Shown: in pieces, positions 1 to 9,710 of the stretch
How the letters are laid out: the number at the start of each line of letters is the position of its first letter
Position numbering within the stretch: position 1 is the first letter of the stretch
From: Alphaproteobacteria bacterium
GTDB lineage: Bacteria > Pseudomonadota > Alphaproteobacteria > SP197
Direction of reading: 5' to 3'
DNA: 64,000 bases
NCBI GenBank assembly: GCA_965228895.1
Contig: OZ245842.1
Location: 384,001 to 448,000 of the forward strand
The notes under the pieces: model-generated
Told to the model about the DNA's origin: nothing
Seen by the model: only the letters and a program-made list of their open reading frames with translations
The model's database searches: none
Position numbers and translations under genes: made by a program

Positions 1-1
1 A

Positions 2-385
2 CGGGCGCTCCTCCCAGGTGATGTCGCTGTGCCAACGTCCGGCGAAGCGCGCCTCCTCGTTTTCTTCCGACCTGATCTGCATGATCTCCGGATGGCTTTC
101 GAGGCCGGCCACGAACGGGTTGACGTGGAGATCGCCAAAGGTCCGGCCTAGGGCAACCAGCTCCTCCGGTCCGAGCTGTTGATCGCGAAAAACCAGAACC
201 AGGTGATGAAGCAGCGCTTGGCGCAGCGCGCTTTTCATGTCGTCGGCGAGCGGCTTGGCGAGGTCGACGTCGTCGATCTCCGCGCCCAGTCCGCCGGTCA
301 TAGGCCGAACGGAAAAGAGGCCGTGCTTCGGTGTGACGGCCTGATCGTCATGGGAAAGCGGCGGCAGATAGTCGAAGGCGGTCAT
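2..385 (-). CDS. TauD/TfdA family Fe(II)/2-oxoglutarate dioxygenase (5' part; runs off the window start)
   Basis: Not in the ORF track; translated by hand from ATG at 385 (GGAGG RBS upstream): ...SVRPMTGGLGAEIDDVDLAKPL...LLHHLVLVFRDQ...GRWHSDITWEERP. This is the TauD N-terminus with the HxD iron motif. Confidence 0.9.
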   Translation of the reverse strand, partial: MTAFDYLPPLSHDDQAVTPKHGLFSVRPMTGGLGAEIDDVDLAKPLADDMKSALRQALLHHLVLVFRDQQLGPEELVALGRTFGDLHVNPFVAGLESHPEIMQIRSEENEEARFAGRWHSDITWEERP

Positions 386-399
386 GGCTCGGCCCTCCG

Positions 400-1626
400 T
401 CAGCGGCCGTTGGTAAAGGCGCCTTCGCCGCGCACGGCATCGGCGACCTGTTTGTGAAAGTGGACGGTGCCGATGTCCCAATACGGCGCCAGGCGTCCGC
501 CGTCATACGCATCGCAATGGCGGCCCTCCTGTAGGCGGCGGCAAATGTCTTCGTCCTCGAAGTTGAGGTTCGCCCAGTCGTCGTAAAGCGTCTGGCGGGC
601 ATCCGCGAAGGCCGGCGCTTCAGCACCATCGCCGGCGAAATAGAACCACATGTGCATGTTGGTTTCGCCCGCCGAGACCGGTTCGAACAAGACGAGCTGC
701 ACGTTGGCGGGGTAGATGTTGATGGCGGTATTGGGGAACAGCACGCTGTAGACCATCTTGCTGTGTAGCTGGTTGGGCAGGCCGTGGGGTTTCGGCAAGC
801 CGACGCCGGACTTGTTGCCGAGCTGTCCATCGTCGACATCCTTGAACCAGTACTCCGTCGAGAGATGGCGCCCGGCGATGTCCATCGGCCGGCGCGACGC
901 TTCGTCCCACGACATCGCGTCGTGCAGTGCCGGATGCACCTTAAAGACGTGGTAGTTGTCGCAGTAGTTCTCGACAGCGAGTTTCCAGTTGCAGCTGAAC
1001 GAAAATGTCATGCGGTGGGCGCAGCGAAAGGCGTCGAGGTCGTAACCGTCGAACCGGTCGGCGCCGCCTGTGATGTAGTCTTCGAATGCGGGTGCCTTGC
1101 CGTCCAGGTTGACGAAGATCCAGTCGTGCCACACCGCCGTGCGCACGGGAAACAGGCAAGGCCGCTCGCCGCCGGCGTTACGGCCGTCATTGTGTTTGTC
1201 CGGGCCGTCATAGTTCGGGCGGTTCCTGAGCTCGCCGTCCATGCCGAAGGTCCAGGCATGATAGGGGCAGGTCATGACCGGTTGCCGGGTCACCGACTCG
1301 GTCAGGAGCCGCGCACCACGATGGGGGCAGACGTTGTGGAAGGCGTGGATCTCGCCGTCCTGGGCGTGGCTCACAATGAGTGATCGGCCGGCGACATCGA
1401 CCGGGCGCGCGTCGCCCTTGTTGGCGATATCGCTGACAAGGCCGGCGAGGAGCCAGCTGCGTGGAAAGAGCGTTTTGCGCTCCAGTTCAAAGAACGCTTC
1501 GGAGGTGAAGGCTTCGTTGGGCAGGCCGCGCGTTTCTTCCGTCGGCTTGCCGAAGCCGGCCATCAGCTCGTCCGTCAGAACGGCGTGGGCGTCGCCGTTT
1601 GCGCCATTAGCTCCGTTGAATGTCAT
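400..1626 (-). CDS. Rieske non-heme iron oxygenase alpha subunit (choline monooxygenase/betaine demethylase-like group)
   Basis: Rieske motif CPHRG...CPYHAW; mononuclear iron motif ENYCDNYH...HP and EDxxIC. Start set at ATG 1626 after AGGAG. Confidence 0.92.
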   Translation of the reverse strand: MTFNGANGANGDAHAVLTDELMAGFGKPTEETRGLPNEAFTSEAFFELERKTLFPRSWLLAGLVSDIANKGDARPVDVAGRSLIVSHAQDGEIHAFHNVCPHRGARLLTESVTRQPVMTCPYHAWTFGMDGELRNRPNYDGPDKHNDGRNAGGERPCLFPVRTAVWHDWIFVNLDGKAPAFEDYITGGADRFDGYDLDAFRCAHRMTFSFSCNWKLAVENYCDNYHVFKVHPALHDAMSWDEASRRPMDIAGRHLSTEYWFKDVDDGQLGNKSGVGLPKPHGLPNQLHSKMVYSVLFPNTAINIYPANVQLVLFEPVSAGETNMHMWFYFAGDGAEAPAFADARQTLYDDWANLNFEDEDICRRLQEGRHCDAYDGGRLAPYWDIGTVHFHKQVADAVRGEGAFTNGR

Positions 1627-1661
1627 ATTCAGCTCTCCTGCTCGAAGGCCACGGCCGCTGG

Positions 1662-3740
1662 TCACGGCATGGCGAACGTTTCCGTCAGTTCGACGAGTTC
1701 GCGGTTGAACGGGATGGCATCGCCCAAGGGTTCGCCGAGATCCCGGGCGAAGCGGTGACCGCTGTAGACAGCCGCCGCGATCGTGCCCGGGGCCAAGCCA
1801 TCGCCAATTCGGGTGACGCGGCGTATGCCCGCATCCTTAAGCGCGACGTCGTCGGCCATGAGATTGTGGTAGAGACCATCGTTGGCCAGTGGTGCGGTGA
1901 CCAGCACCGCATGGCCGCAGGCCCGCTCAAACGACTGGCCGCCGAAGATCGGCTTGATCGAGACCGATCCATCGCCGACCTCCGTCACCGCGTGCTTGGC
2001 CAGGACCTCGATGCCCGCATCGTGCATGCGCGTCTGGATGCGGCCAAGCTCCAGGGTGTACTGGGTCCATGTGGAGACATAGGCGCCGGTCGTCACCAGG
2101 GTGACGTCACGGCCATCGGCAGCGAGTTTCTCCGCGATGACGCCGCCCAGATAGTAGTGGTCGTCGTCAAACACGATGACGGGTCCCTCGACCGTGGCGC
2201 CGTCCATGATGTCATCGGGGGTCAGCACGCGTTGGGCGTTTTCGACCGCGCCCGGCATCGGGAACTCGTGATGGCGGCCGCCGCCGTCGCGCCGCCATGT
2301 CGCGCCGGTCGCCGTGGCGACCAGGGAGCAGCCGGTTTCGCGGACTTGGTCGGCATCGAGGCGGCTGTCCATGAAGACCTCGACATTCGGCATCTTCTGG
2401 ATCTGGCCGACGCGCCAGTCGCGCACGCGGCCCCAGGCGGACAGGCCGGGCAGGCGGCTCTCGCGCGCCGACCGGCCGCCGAGTTCGGTGCCGGCCTCCG
2501 CCAGCATGACGTCATAGCCGCGCTGGCCGAGGGCGCGGGCGGCTTCCAGGCCCGCCGGTCCTGCGCCGACCACCAGAACACGGTCGTCGGTGTCTTTCGA
2601 TGCGATGCGTTCGGGGTGCCAGCCCTTGCGCCATTCCTCGCCCTTGGTCGGGTTCTGGGTGCAGCGCATGGGCACGCCCAGATTGTCGCTGGCGACGCAG
2701 ATGTTGCAGCCGATGCACTCGCGAATGTCGTCGATGCGGCCCTCCTCGATCTTCTTGGGCAGGAAAGGATCGGCGATCGACGGGCGTGCGGCGCCGATCA
2801 TGTCGAGCACGCCCTTCTTAATCAGGCTGACCATGCGGTCGGGCGACGTGTAACGACCGACGCCGACCACAGGTTTCGACGTCAGCTGTTTGACGAACTT
2901 GATGTAGGGCTCCTGGAAACCCTCTTCGGCGAAGCGCGAGGTGATGGAGTCGTTATCCCAATCACTACAGTTGACGTCCCAGAGATCGGGCAACTCGCCC
3001 AACATCTCGATGACCTCCTGGCCCTCGCGTTCGGCCAGCATCCCCTTGTCGCCGAGCAGTTCGTCGACGGCAAGGCGCACGACCACGCCCATGGTGTCGC
3101 CGACCGCCTCCTTGGTGTCTTCGATGACTTCACGGAGCAGGCGCGCACGGTTCTCCATCGAACCGCCGTATTCGTCCGTGCGTTGATTGTGGCGCGGCGA
3201 CAGGAAGTGCATGGCCAGCGACAGGTCGTGGCCGGCATAGACGCAGACGATGTCGAAGCCTGCTTTCTTGGCGTTGAGCGCGGCATTGCGGTGCCAGCGC
3301 CGGTAGTCCGCGATGTCCTGCTTGTCCATGGCGCGGGCATGCACGGGATTGATGCCGAGCGCGGGCTTGGCCGAGGGCGCCATCGGCACCTCGCGGCTGG
3401 TCAGGTTTTGGGCGTGATAGCCCATGTGAGTCAGTTCGACACCGGCCAGGCTACCGTGCTCGTGCACCAGATCGGTCATGCGCGCCAGCGTCGGAATGTC
3501 ACGCTCGTCCCACAGGCGGATCTCGCGGCTGGTCTCCGTCGTCGGGTGGATGTCGCATTGCTCGGTGCACAGGACCGCCCAGCCGCCTTCCGCCTTGACC
3601 CCGCGCATCACCGCCATCGCTGTCGGGTGGTTGCGACCCATGCCATTGCAGTGGGGCACCTGATAGAAGCGGTTCCTCGCCGTCACCGGCCCGATCTGGA
3701 CGGGCTCGAACAGGACGTCGTAACGGGGATCACGGCTCAT
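1662..3740 (-). CDS. Trimethylamine/dimethylamine/histamine dehydrogenase family flavo-Fe-S protein
   Basis: N-terminus MSRDPRYDVLFEPVQIGP...NRFYQVPHC carries the covalent-FMN Cys; [4Fe-4S] motif CIGCNIC...C; GAGPAGLE ADP-binding motif; DDDHYYLGG. Start set at ATG 3740. Confidence 0.92.
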   Translation of the reverse strand: MSRDPRYDVLFEPVQIGPVTARNRFYQVPHCNGMGRNHPTAMAVMRGVKAEGGWAVLCTEQCDIHPTTETSREIRLWDERDIPTLARMTDLVHEHGSLAGVELTHMGYHAQNLTSREVPMAPSAKPALGINPVHARAMDKQDIADYRRWHRNAALNAKKAGFDIVCVYAGHDLSLAMHFLSPRHNQRTDEYGGSMENRARLLREVIEDTKEAVGDTMGVVVRLAVDELLGDKGMLAEREGQEVIEMLGELPDLWDVNCSDWDNDSITSRFAEEGFQEPYIKFVKQLTSKPVVGVGRYTSPDRMVSLIKKGVLDMIGAARPSIADPFLPKKIEEGRIDDIRECIGCNICVASDNLGVPMRCTQNPTKGEEWRKGWHPERIASKDTDDRVLVVGAGPAGLEAARALGQRGYDVMLAEAGTELGGRSARESRLPGLSAWGRVRDWRVGQIQKMPNVEVFMDSRLDADQVRETGCSLVATATGATWRRDGGGRHHEFPMPGAVENAQRVLTPDDIMDGATVEGPVIVFDDDHYYLGGVIAEKLAADGRDVTLVTTGAYVSTWTQYTLELGRIQTRMHDAGIEVLAKHAVTEVGDGSVSIKPIFGGQSFERACGHAVLVTAPLANDGLYHNLMADDVALKDAGIRRVTRIGDGLAPGTIAAAVYSGHRFARDLGEPLGDAIPFNRELVELTETFAMP

Positions 3741-3859
3741 GATGCGGTCGTATCCTTCCTTGGGCACGCCATCGGACGGTCTGGCGCCCAAATGCGCGTG
3801 AAATTTTGGTTCAATTGTTTCATGATGTCGAGTGAACGTTGTAACTACAGGAGACGACC

Positions 3860-4636
3860 ATGGCCCAGCCAGCCGTTGCGATCCACAAGGACAAGGCGAT
3901 GGATGCAGAGCGCAACCTGCGCATCGATCTCGCGGCCGCCTTCCGCCTGGCCGACCGGTTTGGCTGGTCCGAGCTGGTGTGGAACCATATGACCGCACGT
4001 TCGCCCGACAATCCCGGCCATTTTCTGATTAATCCCATGGGCGTGCGCTGGGACGAGATCACCGCCTCCATGCTGGTCAAGGTCGACATCGACGGCAATG
4101 TCATCGAAGGCGACGGCCTGGTGCCGAAGGCCGGCTTTGTCATCCACAGCGGCATCTTCGAGGCCCGCCCCGACATCAACGCCGTCGTCCACACCCACAC
4201 CAATGACGGCATCGCCGTCACGGCCCTGGAAGACGGGTTGCAGCCGATCTGTATGGAGGCGCTCTATTTCTACGACAACGCCGGCTACCATGACTTCGAA
4301 GGCACCAGCATGGATCTCGATGAACGAACGCGGCTCGCGAAGAGTCTGGGCGCCAACGAGGCGCTGATCCTCAGAAACCATGGGCTGCTGACCGTTGGGT
4401 CGTCCGTCGGCGAAGCCTTCACCTTGATGTACTGGCTGGAACGCGCTTGCGAAGTGCAGATGAAGGTGATGGCGAGCAACGCGGCCTGGCGGCCGGTTCC
4501 GAAGGCGATGTGCGAACACTACGCGCAACAGGAAACCGAACCGCGCGACATCACCGAGGACTTTCGTCCCGGCGTCCACGAATGGCCGGCCCTGGTGCGA
4601 CTCCTGGATCGAGACGATCCGTCCTATCGCGACTAG
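3860..4636 (+). CDS. Class II aldolase/adducin family protein
   Basis: Motifs NHxTAR, FLINPxG, GFVIHS, HTH and LRNHG; AGGAG RBS. Confidence 0.92.
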   Translation: MAQPAVAIHKDKAMDAERNLRIDLAAAFRLADRFGWSELVWNHMTARSPDNPGHFLINPMGVRWDEITASMLVKVDIDGNVIEGDGLVPKAGFVIHSGIFEARPDINAVVHTHTNDGIAVTALEDGLQPICMEALYFYDNAGYHDFEGTSMDLDERTRLAKSLGANEALILRNHGLLTVGSSVGEAFTLMYWLERACEVQMKVMASNAAWRPVPKAMCEHYAQQETEPRDITEDFRPGVHEWPALVRLLDRDDPSYRD

Positions 4637-5463
4637 CTCGCCGCATCGGCACCGGTTCGGTCAATCTGGTCAGCGCCCAGTTCACGTGTCATCTCAACGA
4701 GTCGGGGGCCGATCTGCTCGCGCATGGTCGACTCGCTGAGAACGAAGGACGGCGCACCGCAGTTGAGCGCCAGTGGTGTTCCGCCGGGAAACCGCAACGG
4801 TACGGCGACGGCGTGGATTTCCGGACGCCAGTCGCCCAAAGAGATGCAGAAGCCGTCGCGTTGCACACTCTCGTTCGCTGCCGTGATGCCGCGCTCGATC
4901 TTGCGTGTCAGAACGCCTTCTGACTGCAGCGTCGTCATGGTGCGGGCCAACGCATCCGTATCGAGCGCGGCCAGATAGGCCCGGCCCATGGCGGTGCGCT
5001 CCATCGGCATCTGGGAACCGAAGGAAAACTTGAGCACCAGCGCGCCCGAACCGGGCACGTGCTCGACATACGTCATCTTGGCGCCGGCCGGCGCGGCAAT
5101 CGCCACCGATGCGCCGGACTGTTCGGCCAGCTCACGCATCAGCGGCCGGGCCCGTTCGCGGATGCTGAGCGTCGACAGCAGGGGTGCGGCCAAGGCGATC
5201 AGGCCGGCGGCGAGGCTATAGGTCCCGGTGCGCTCGGCGTAAGTCAGGTATCCAAGGCGCGTCAGCGTGTTGGTCAGGCGTGAGACCGTCGGTTTTGAAA
5301 GCCCGGTCCGCTCGACGATCTCCGTGTTGCTGAGGTCTGCATCGGCCTCACCGAACGCGCGCAGGATATCGAAGCCGCGCTCCAGCGCGACAACGTATTG
5401 CGGATCGCGGCCCTTCGCCGCGCTCTCGGCCGGTTCGCTCGAATAGTCCCGTCGTCTGCTCAC
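4633..5463 (-). CDS. IclR family transcriptional regulator
   Basis: ALERGFDILRAF...TGLSKPTVSRLTNTL HTH; TAMGRAYLA; C-terminal effector domain. Confidence 0.93.
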   Translation of the reverse strand: MSRRRDYSSEPAESAAKGRDPQYVVALERGFDILRAFGEADADLSNTEIVERTGLSKPTVSRLTNTLTRLGYLTYAERTGTYSLAAGLIALAAPLLSTLSIRERARPLMRELAEQSGASVAIAAPAGAKMTYVEHVPGSGALVLKFSFGSQMPMERTAMGRAYLAALDTDALARTMTTLQSEGVLTRKIERGITAANESVQRDGFCISLGDWRPEIHAVAVPLRFPGGTPLALNCGAPSFVLSESTMREQIGPRLVEMTRELGADQIDRTGADAAS

Positions 5464-5610
5464 GTCATAAACGTCCCCAAGAATCCTGCCAATTGAACCA
5501 GACTCGGCCGAAGAAATCTTGTGAAACTAAATTTTGCTTTATTTCTGAAGTGAAATCTAGAATCATAATTTTCAAACCGGTGTGCCGGTCAATCATCGAG
5601 GGAGGACAAG

Positions 5611-6606
5611 ATGGTCATGCAAGGGGCAAGGAACTGGTTGACGAGCGCGGCTATGGCGCTCGCGTTGGGCGTTTCGGCGCCGGCGGCTCTGGCCGAGGCG
5701 CCGGAATCCGACGAAACCATCAAGCTCGGCGTCAACGAGTGGACGACGCAACAGGTCATCACGCGTGTCGCCCACCAGCTCCTGGAGGAGATGGGCTACA
5801 ACGTCGAATCGGTCACCATCGGCTATTACCCGCAGGTCGAGGCGATGGTTCAGAACGACATTACGGCAACGCTGGAGCTATGGCCCAACAACATTGGCGA
5901 GGGCATTTATGAGGCGCTCGACAACGGCGAACTCGTTCACTTGGGCAACCACGACATCGAAGGCGGCGGCCAGTACTACTATCCCGCCTACATGGAGGAG
6001 CAATGTCCGGGCCTGCCCGATTACAACGCGCTGAAGAACTGCATCGACCTCTTCGTGTCGCCGGATACCGCGCCGTCGGGCCGCTTTGTTGGTTATCCTG
6101 CCGACTGGGGCCAGGTGTTCTATGAAGAGCGGTTCGAGGCGCTGGGTCTGGATCTGGTTCCGATTGCTGCCGGCGGCGAAGGCGCGCTGATTGCGGAGAT
6201 GAAAAGCGCATGGGAGCGCCAGGCGCCGCTCCTGATTCACTTCTGGACCCCGCACTGGGTCTTCAGCGAGTACGACTACAGAGTTCTCGAGATGCCGCTC
6301 GACGACTCGATCACCTACGAAAACTGCTTCAACGACCCGGCCTGGGGGCCGAATCCCGACATGACCCATGACTGCGGCCAGGCACCGCAAAAGGGTATCT
6401 TCAAAGCGGCCAATCCCGGCATCGACGAGACATGGCCGGCCGCCGCGGAGCTGCTGCGGCAACTTTCCTTCACCAACGAGGACGCCACATGGATGCTGGT
6501 CGAGGTCGATCAGGGCGGCCTGAGTCAGGATGAGGCTGCCGCCAAGTGGATCGAAGAGAACCGGGACAAGGTCAACGGCTGGATGGACGCGGCCGCCGGT
6601 TCGTGA
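5611..6606 (+). CDS. Glycine betaine/TMAO-type (ProX/OpuAC/TmoX-like) ABC substrate-binding protein
   Basis: Signal peptide; EWTTQ, LELW, CPGLPD, FWTPHW and A..WI..N...V..W motifs typical of betaine-family binding proteins. Confidence 0.88.
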   Translation: MVMQGARNWLTSAAMALALGVSAPAALAEAPESDETIKLGVNEWTTQQVITRVAHQLLEEMGYNVESVTIGYYPQVEAMVQNDITATLELWPNNIGEGIYEALDNGELVHLGNHDIEGGGQYYYPAYMEEQCPGLPDYNALKNCIDLFVSPDTAPSGRFVGYPADWGQVFYEERFEALGLDLVPIAAGGEGALIAEMKSAWERQAPLLIHFWTPHWVFSEYDYRVLEMPLDDSITYENCFNDPAWGPNPDMTHDCGQAPQKGIFKAANPGIDETWPAAAELLRQLSFTNEDATWMLVEVDQGGLSQDEAAAKWIEENRDKVNGWMDAAAGS

Positions 6607-6639
6607 CCACCGGCACGAAGGTCACCGTCGTTCATTTCT

Positions 6640-6671
6640 GGAGCGGCCCGTTGGGGCCGCTCCCTTTATTT
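6640..6671 (+). terminator. Rho-independent terminator between convergent genes
   Basis: Perfect 10-bp stem GGAGCGGCCC-gttg-GGGCCGCTCC followed by CTTTATTT. Confidence 0.8.
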
Positions 6672-6696
6672 GGCGTTAGATCCGCAGTTGGGGCGA

Positions 6697-7086
6697 TCAG
6701 CCTGGGTCGAGCTTCGGCGCTGCCGCCTTGCAATAGGCCATCTTGCGGATGAGCTTGTCACCGCGGAAATGGAGGAGGTCGAGGCCGCGCAGCTTCACAG
6801 GCTTGCCGTCGACCTCCATGTTGAGCGTCCAGCTCGCCATCACCTTGTCGGTCTCCGGCTCGGCGAAGAAGTCCTCATCGTCGAACCGGATCGCGCCACG
6901 GTCGCCACAGACCAGGGGCACAAAGGCGTCGCGAATCGCGGAGGGTCCGCTGTGGCTGCCGCCGTTGGAGTCTTCGTAAACGGCGTCCTCGGCAAAGAAC
7001 GATGCCACGCTGTCGATGTCCTGGCGGTTGAACGCGTCGACGAACTGCTTCGTCAAGTCCTCAAGTTCCGTGCGGCGATTTGCCAT
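6697..7086 (-). CDS. SnoaL-like/NTF2-fold protein
   Basis: FVDAFNRQDIDSVASFFAEDAVY...G..AIR...GLDLLHFRGDKL; ATG 7086 follows GGAGG. Confidence 0.85.
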   Translation of the reverse strand: MANRRTELEDLTKQFVDAFNRQDIDSVASFFAEDAVYEDSNGGSHSGPSAIRDAFVPLVCGDRGAIRFDDEDFFAEPETDKVMASWTLNMEVDGKPVKLRGLDLLHFRGDKLIRKMAYCKAAAPKLDPG

Positions 7087-7175
7087 GAGCGCCTCCCTCT
7101 CTGTCGTGTCGTTCGTGTCGTGCAATGGGCGCGCCGAGCGCCGCCTGGCACGTTAGCCTGACGTCCCGTTGCCAC

Positions 7176-8294
7176 TCAACTGGCCAATGCTTCCTTGTAG
7201 TGCCGCCACGTGATCGCGTTGAAGTGCTGCGTGGCCTCCTCGCGGGCGTGGACGTAGCGGTTGTAGGGCTGACGCGCGGTCCTGATGTTCGCGTACTGAT
7301 CGGCGGTGATCTCGTTGTCTTCTCGGTAGGTCTGGTCCCAAAGCTCTATCCAGGCATCGACTCTGTCCGGATCGCTGTCGCGGTCGCCCAGATAATGGGT
7401 GACGTGCTGCGTGAGCCCGGGCGCGACGGGCACCATGCCGGTCATGTGAAGGAGGTCGTCGTGTTCGATCAGCACGATGCCGGGAAACACCTGGTAGGAC
7501 CGGAATGTCTGGCTGGTGAGCTGGTTGCTAACGACCTTCGGTTGGGGTTTCCAAGTATTGGTCATGAAGCCGTCGCCGTAGATGGCGTCGGTATCCTCCG
7601 GCGCGGAGCGAAAGGCAGCACCGAAGGACTCGCCGTGAATGTTGGGGCAGTGGTAGCACTCCGTGCCGTTGTCGTACCAGAGCTTCCAGTTTGTCCCGAT
7701 CTCGTAGGTGATCTCCTTACGCATGACATAGCGGTCGGGGTCGGGGCAGAAGTCCTGACCGTCATAGACATCGGCAAAGGCCGAATGACTCTCTCGGAAC
7801 GGGCGAGCGTCGGCGTCCGGATTGACCACGATCGCCGGTCCGAACTGTTCGACGGCAACGGGCATGAGCGAGAGTTTGCTGCGACAGAATCCGGCCTCAG
7901 CTTCGGCGTCTGGTGCGTTGGCCAGTGTGCCGTCCAGATTGTAGGACCAGCCGTGATAGCGGCAGACGAGCCTCAGGCATTTCGACCGGTCATGCTCGGC
8001 CACCGTATAGCCGCGATGGCGGCAGACGTTGAGGAAGGCGCGTAGTTCGCCTTCGCGGTCACGCGTGACGACGATTGGGTACTTGCCCATCTGGCGCACG
8101 ACCACATCGCCGGGTTCGGCGAGTTTGTGGACTGGGCCAAAGTAGAGCCAGTTCTTAGAAAAAATGGCCTCCATCTCGAAGTCGTAGATGGCGGGGTCCC
8201 AGTAGAACCGGGTCGGCAGGCTCCAGTTGGCAGCCAGGCGCGCGTCGACCTCGGCGACATCAATGTCCAAGTTCTGGGCTGCGTTCGCGACCAT
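7176..8294 (-). CDS. Rieske oxygenase alpha subunit, CntA/carnitine-monooxygenase-like
   Basis: CRHRG...CRYHGW; NWKLWYDNGTECYHCPNIH has a Glu bridging residue as in the CntA ECYHC motif; GGAGG RBS. Confidence 0.9.
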   Translation of the reverse strand: MVANAAQNLDIDVAEVDARLAANWSLPTRFYWDPAIYDFEMEAIFSKNWLYFGPVHKLAEPGDVVVRQMGKYPIVVTRDREGELRAFLNVCRHRGYTVAEHDRSKCLRLVCRYHGWSYNLDGTLANAPDAEAEAGFCRSKLSLMPVAVEQFGPAIVVNPDADARPFRESHSAFADVYDGQDFCPDPDRYVMRKEITYEIGTNWKLWYDNGTECYHCPNIHGESFGAAFRSAPEDTDAIYGDGFMTNTWKPQPKVVSNQLTSQTFRSYQVFPGIVLIEHDDLLHMTGMVPVAPGLTQHVTHYLGDRDSDPDRVDAWIELWDQTYREDNEITADQYANIRTARQPYNRYVHAREEATQHFNAITWRHYKEALAS

Positions 8295-8347
8295 AGCCGG
8301 ACCTCCCTTCAGGTTTGTCGGAACAGCCTAATCCTCACTATGAAAAT

Positions 8348-8366
8348 TGTGAACCATATTTTCACG
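8348..8366. promoter_or_regulatory. Putative operator TGTGAA-N7-TTCACG in a divergent promoter
   Basis: 19-bp inverted repeat; similar sites at 8473, 3797, 43406 and 45039. Confidence 0.5.
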
Positions 8367-8472
8367 AAGAGTTTCCGACCATCAGATTCCATGTGATATT
8401 CGGCTCGTTTTCCGGATGTTCAGGGCATCCGCAGCGTGAGCGGCCATGGCCGGAGTGGCGGATTTCGCATTG

Positions 8473-8491
8473 TGTGAAATGAAATTTCATG
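8473..8491. promoter_or_regulatory. Putative operator TGTGAA-N7-TTCATG upstream of the Rieske-Rieske-OYE-OYE operon
   Basis: AT-rich inverted repeat about 20 bp upstream of the 8511 start. Confidence 0.5.
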
Positions 8492-8510
8492 GAATGCTTT
8501 TCACGATGAC

Positions 8511-9710
8511 ATGCAAGACGAACCCATGAAGGTCGACTTGACCAGCGGAAGTGCGCGTATTCGCGAGCTCTTGGGCGAGCCCGCGCTTGAGCGGCTCCAT
8601 GCGGATGTCGCTGGCGGCAGCGGTTTGCCCAACCTGGCCTACATCAGCGCCGAATGGCTCGACCTGGAGCGGCGGCACTTGATGTTTCCGTTGTGGATGC
8701 TGGCGGGCTTTGAAAGCCAGATCCCCGACATCGGCGATGCGCTGCCGGTGACCGTTGCCGGTTGCCCCATCGTGCTGCTGCGTCAGCACGACGGCGGCAT
8801 TCGTGCCTTCCACAACGTCTGCCGCCATCGCGGTGCGGTCATCGTGACAGAACCCTGCCGGGGGCTCGCCGCATTGACCTGCCCCTATCATGCCTGGGCC
8901 TATGGCCTGGACGGCACGATCCGCACACGGCCGCACTTCCATGGCGGTGGCCAGCACGACGTGACAAAAAAGAACAACGGCCGCGCCAACCTCGTCGAGG
9001 TTCGCTGCGACACATGGCGCGGTGTCCTCTTCGTTAACATTGACGGCAACGCGCCATCTCTTGCCGATCACATGGCGCCGATCGACAACCATCTGGACGG
9101 CTGGGCGCCGCAGCCGCTCGCTTATGGCGGCTCGCTGACCTACGACATCGCAGCGAACTGGAAACACGTTCACGAGAACTTTGTCGACGTCTACCACAAG
9201 TTTGCCATCCATCCGGAGCTCTGCGCCTTCGCGCCCTTGGAAAACAGCAATCCCATGGTGCCGATCGCCGATCACATCCTGAAAACATGGCATCTGATCG
9301 CCGAACCCCATGAGGGCCGCGGCAAGGGTCTGCCTTTCTTGCCGGGCTTGCCGGATGTCCTGCATCGCGAAGGCCGCATGTTCACCATGATACCTACGTG
9401 TGACATCAATCTGTGGCCCGACCACATCGCCTTCCTGGTTGCCGAGCCCACGGGACCCGGCACGGCGCGCGAAACCATTCACATTCTGTTCAGCGAAGAG
9501 GCCATGTCGGGGCAATTCGACGACGCGCGACAGAAGGTGATGGACACATGGGACGCACTCAATCGCCAGGACATTGCGCCGCTTGAGTCCATGCAACGCG
9601 GACGCGCCTCGCCGGGCTTCGACGGCGGCAGCCTGTCGCCGTTTTGGGATTCCGGCACCCAGTATCTCGCGTGCCAGATCGCATCGTTGATGGTTGGGAC
9701 GAAGGCATGA
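8511..9710 (+). CDS. Rieske oxygenase alpha subunit (choline monooxygenase-like group)
   Basis: CRHRG...CPYHAW; ENFVDVYH...HP; QD...LESMQRG. Confidence 0.92.
   Translation: MQDEPMKVDLTSGSARIRELLGEPALERLHADVAGGSGLPNLAYISAEWLDLERRHLMFPLWMLAGFESQIPDIGDALPVTVAGCPIVLLRQHDGGIRAFHNVCRHRGAVIVTEPCRGLAALTCPYHAWAYGLDGTIRTRPHFHGGGQHDVTKKNNGRANLVEVRCDTWRGVLFVNIDGNAPSLADHMAPIDNHLDGWAPQPLAYGGSLTYDIAANWKHVHENFVDVYHKFAIHPELCAFAPLENSNPMVPIADHILKTWHLIAEPHEGRGKGLPFLPGLPDVLHREGRMFTMIPTCDINLWPDHIAFLVAEPTGPGTARETIHILFSEEAMSGQFDDARQKVMDTWDALNRQDIAPLESMQRGRASPGFDGGSLSPFWDSGTQYLACQIASLMVGTKA

Noticed and set aside
1620-3992. 790-aa plus-strand ORF and other long antisense ORFs (e.g. 10795..12681, 19262..20665, 8487..9926)
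   Set aside because: These are shadow frames opposite well-supported genes in GC-rich DNA, with no recognisable motifs.
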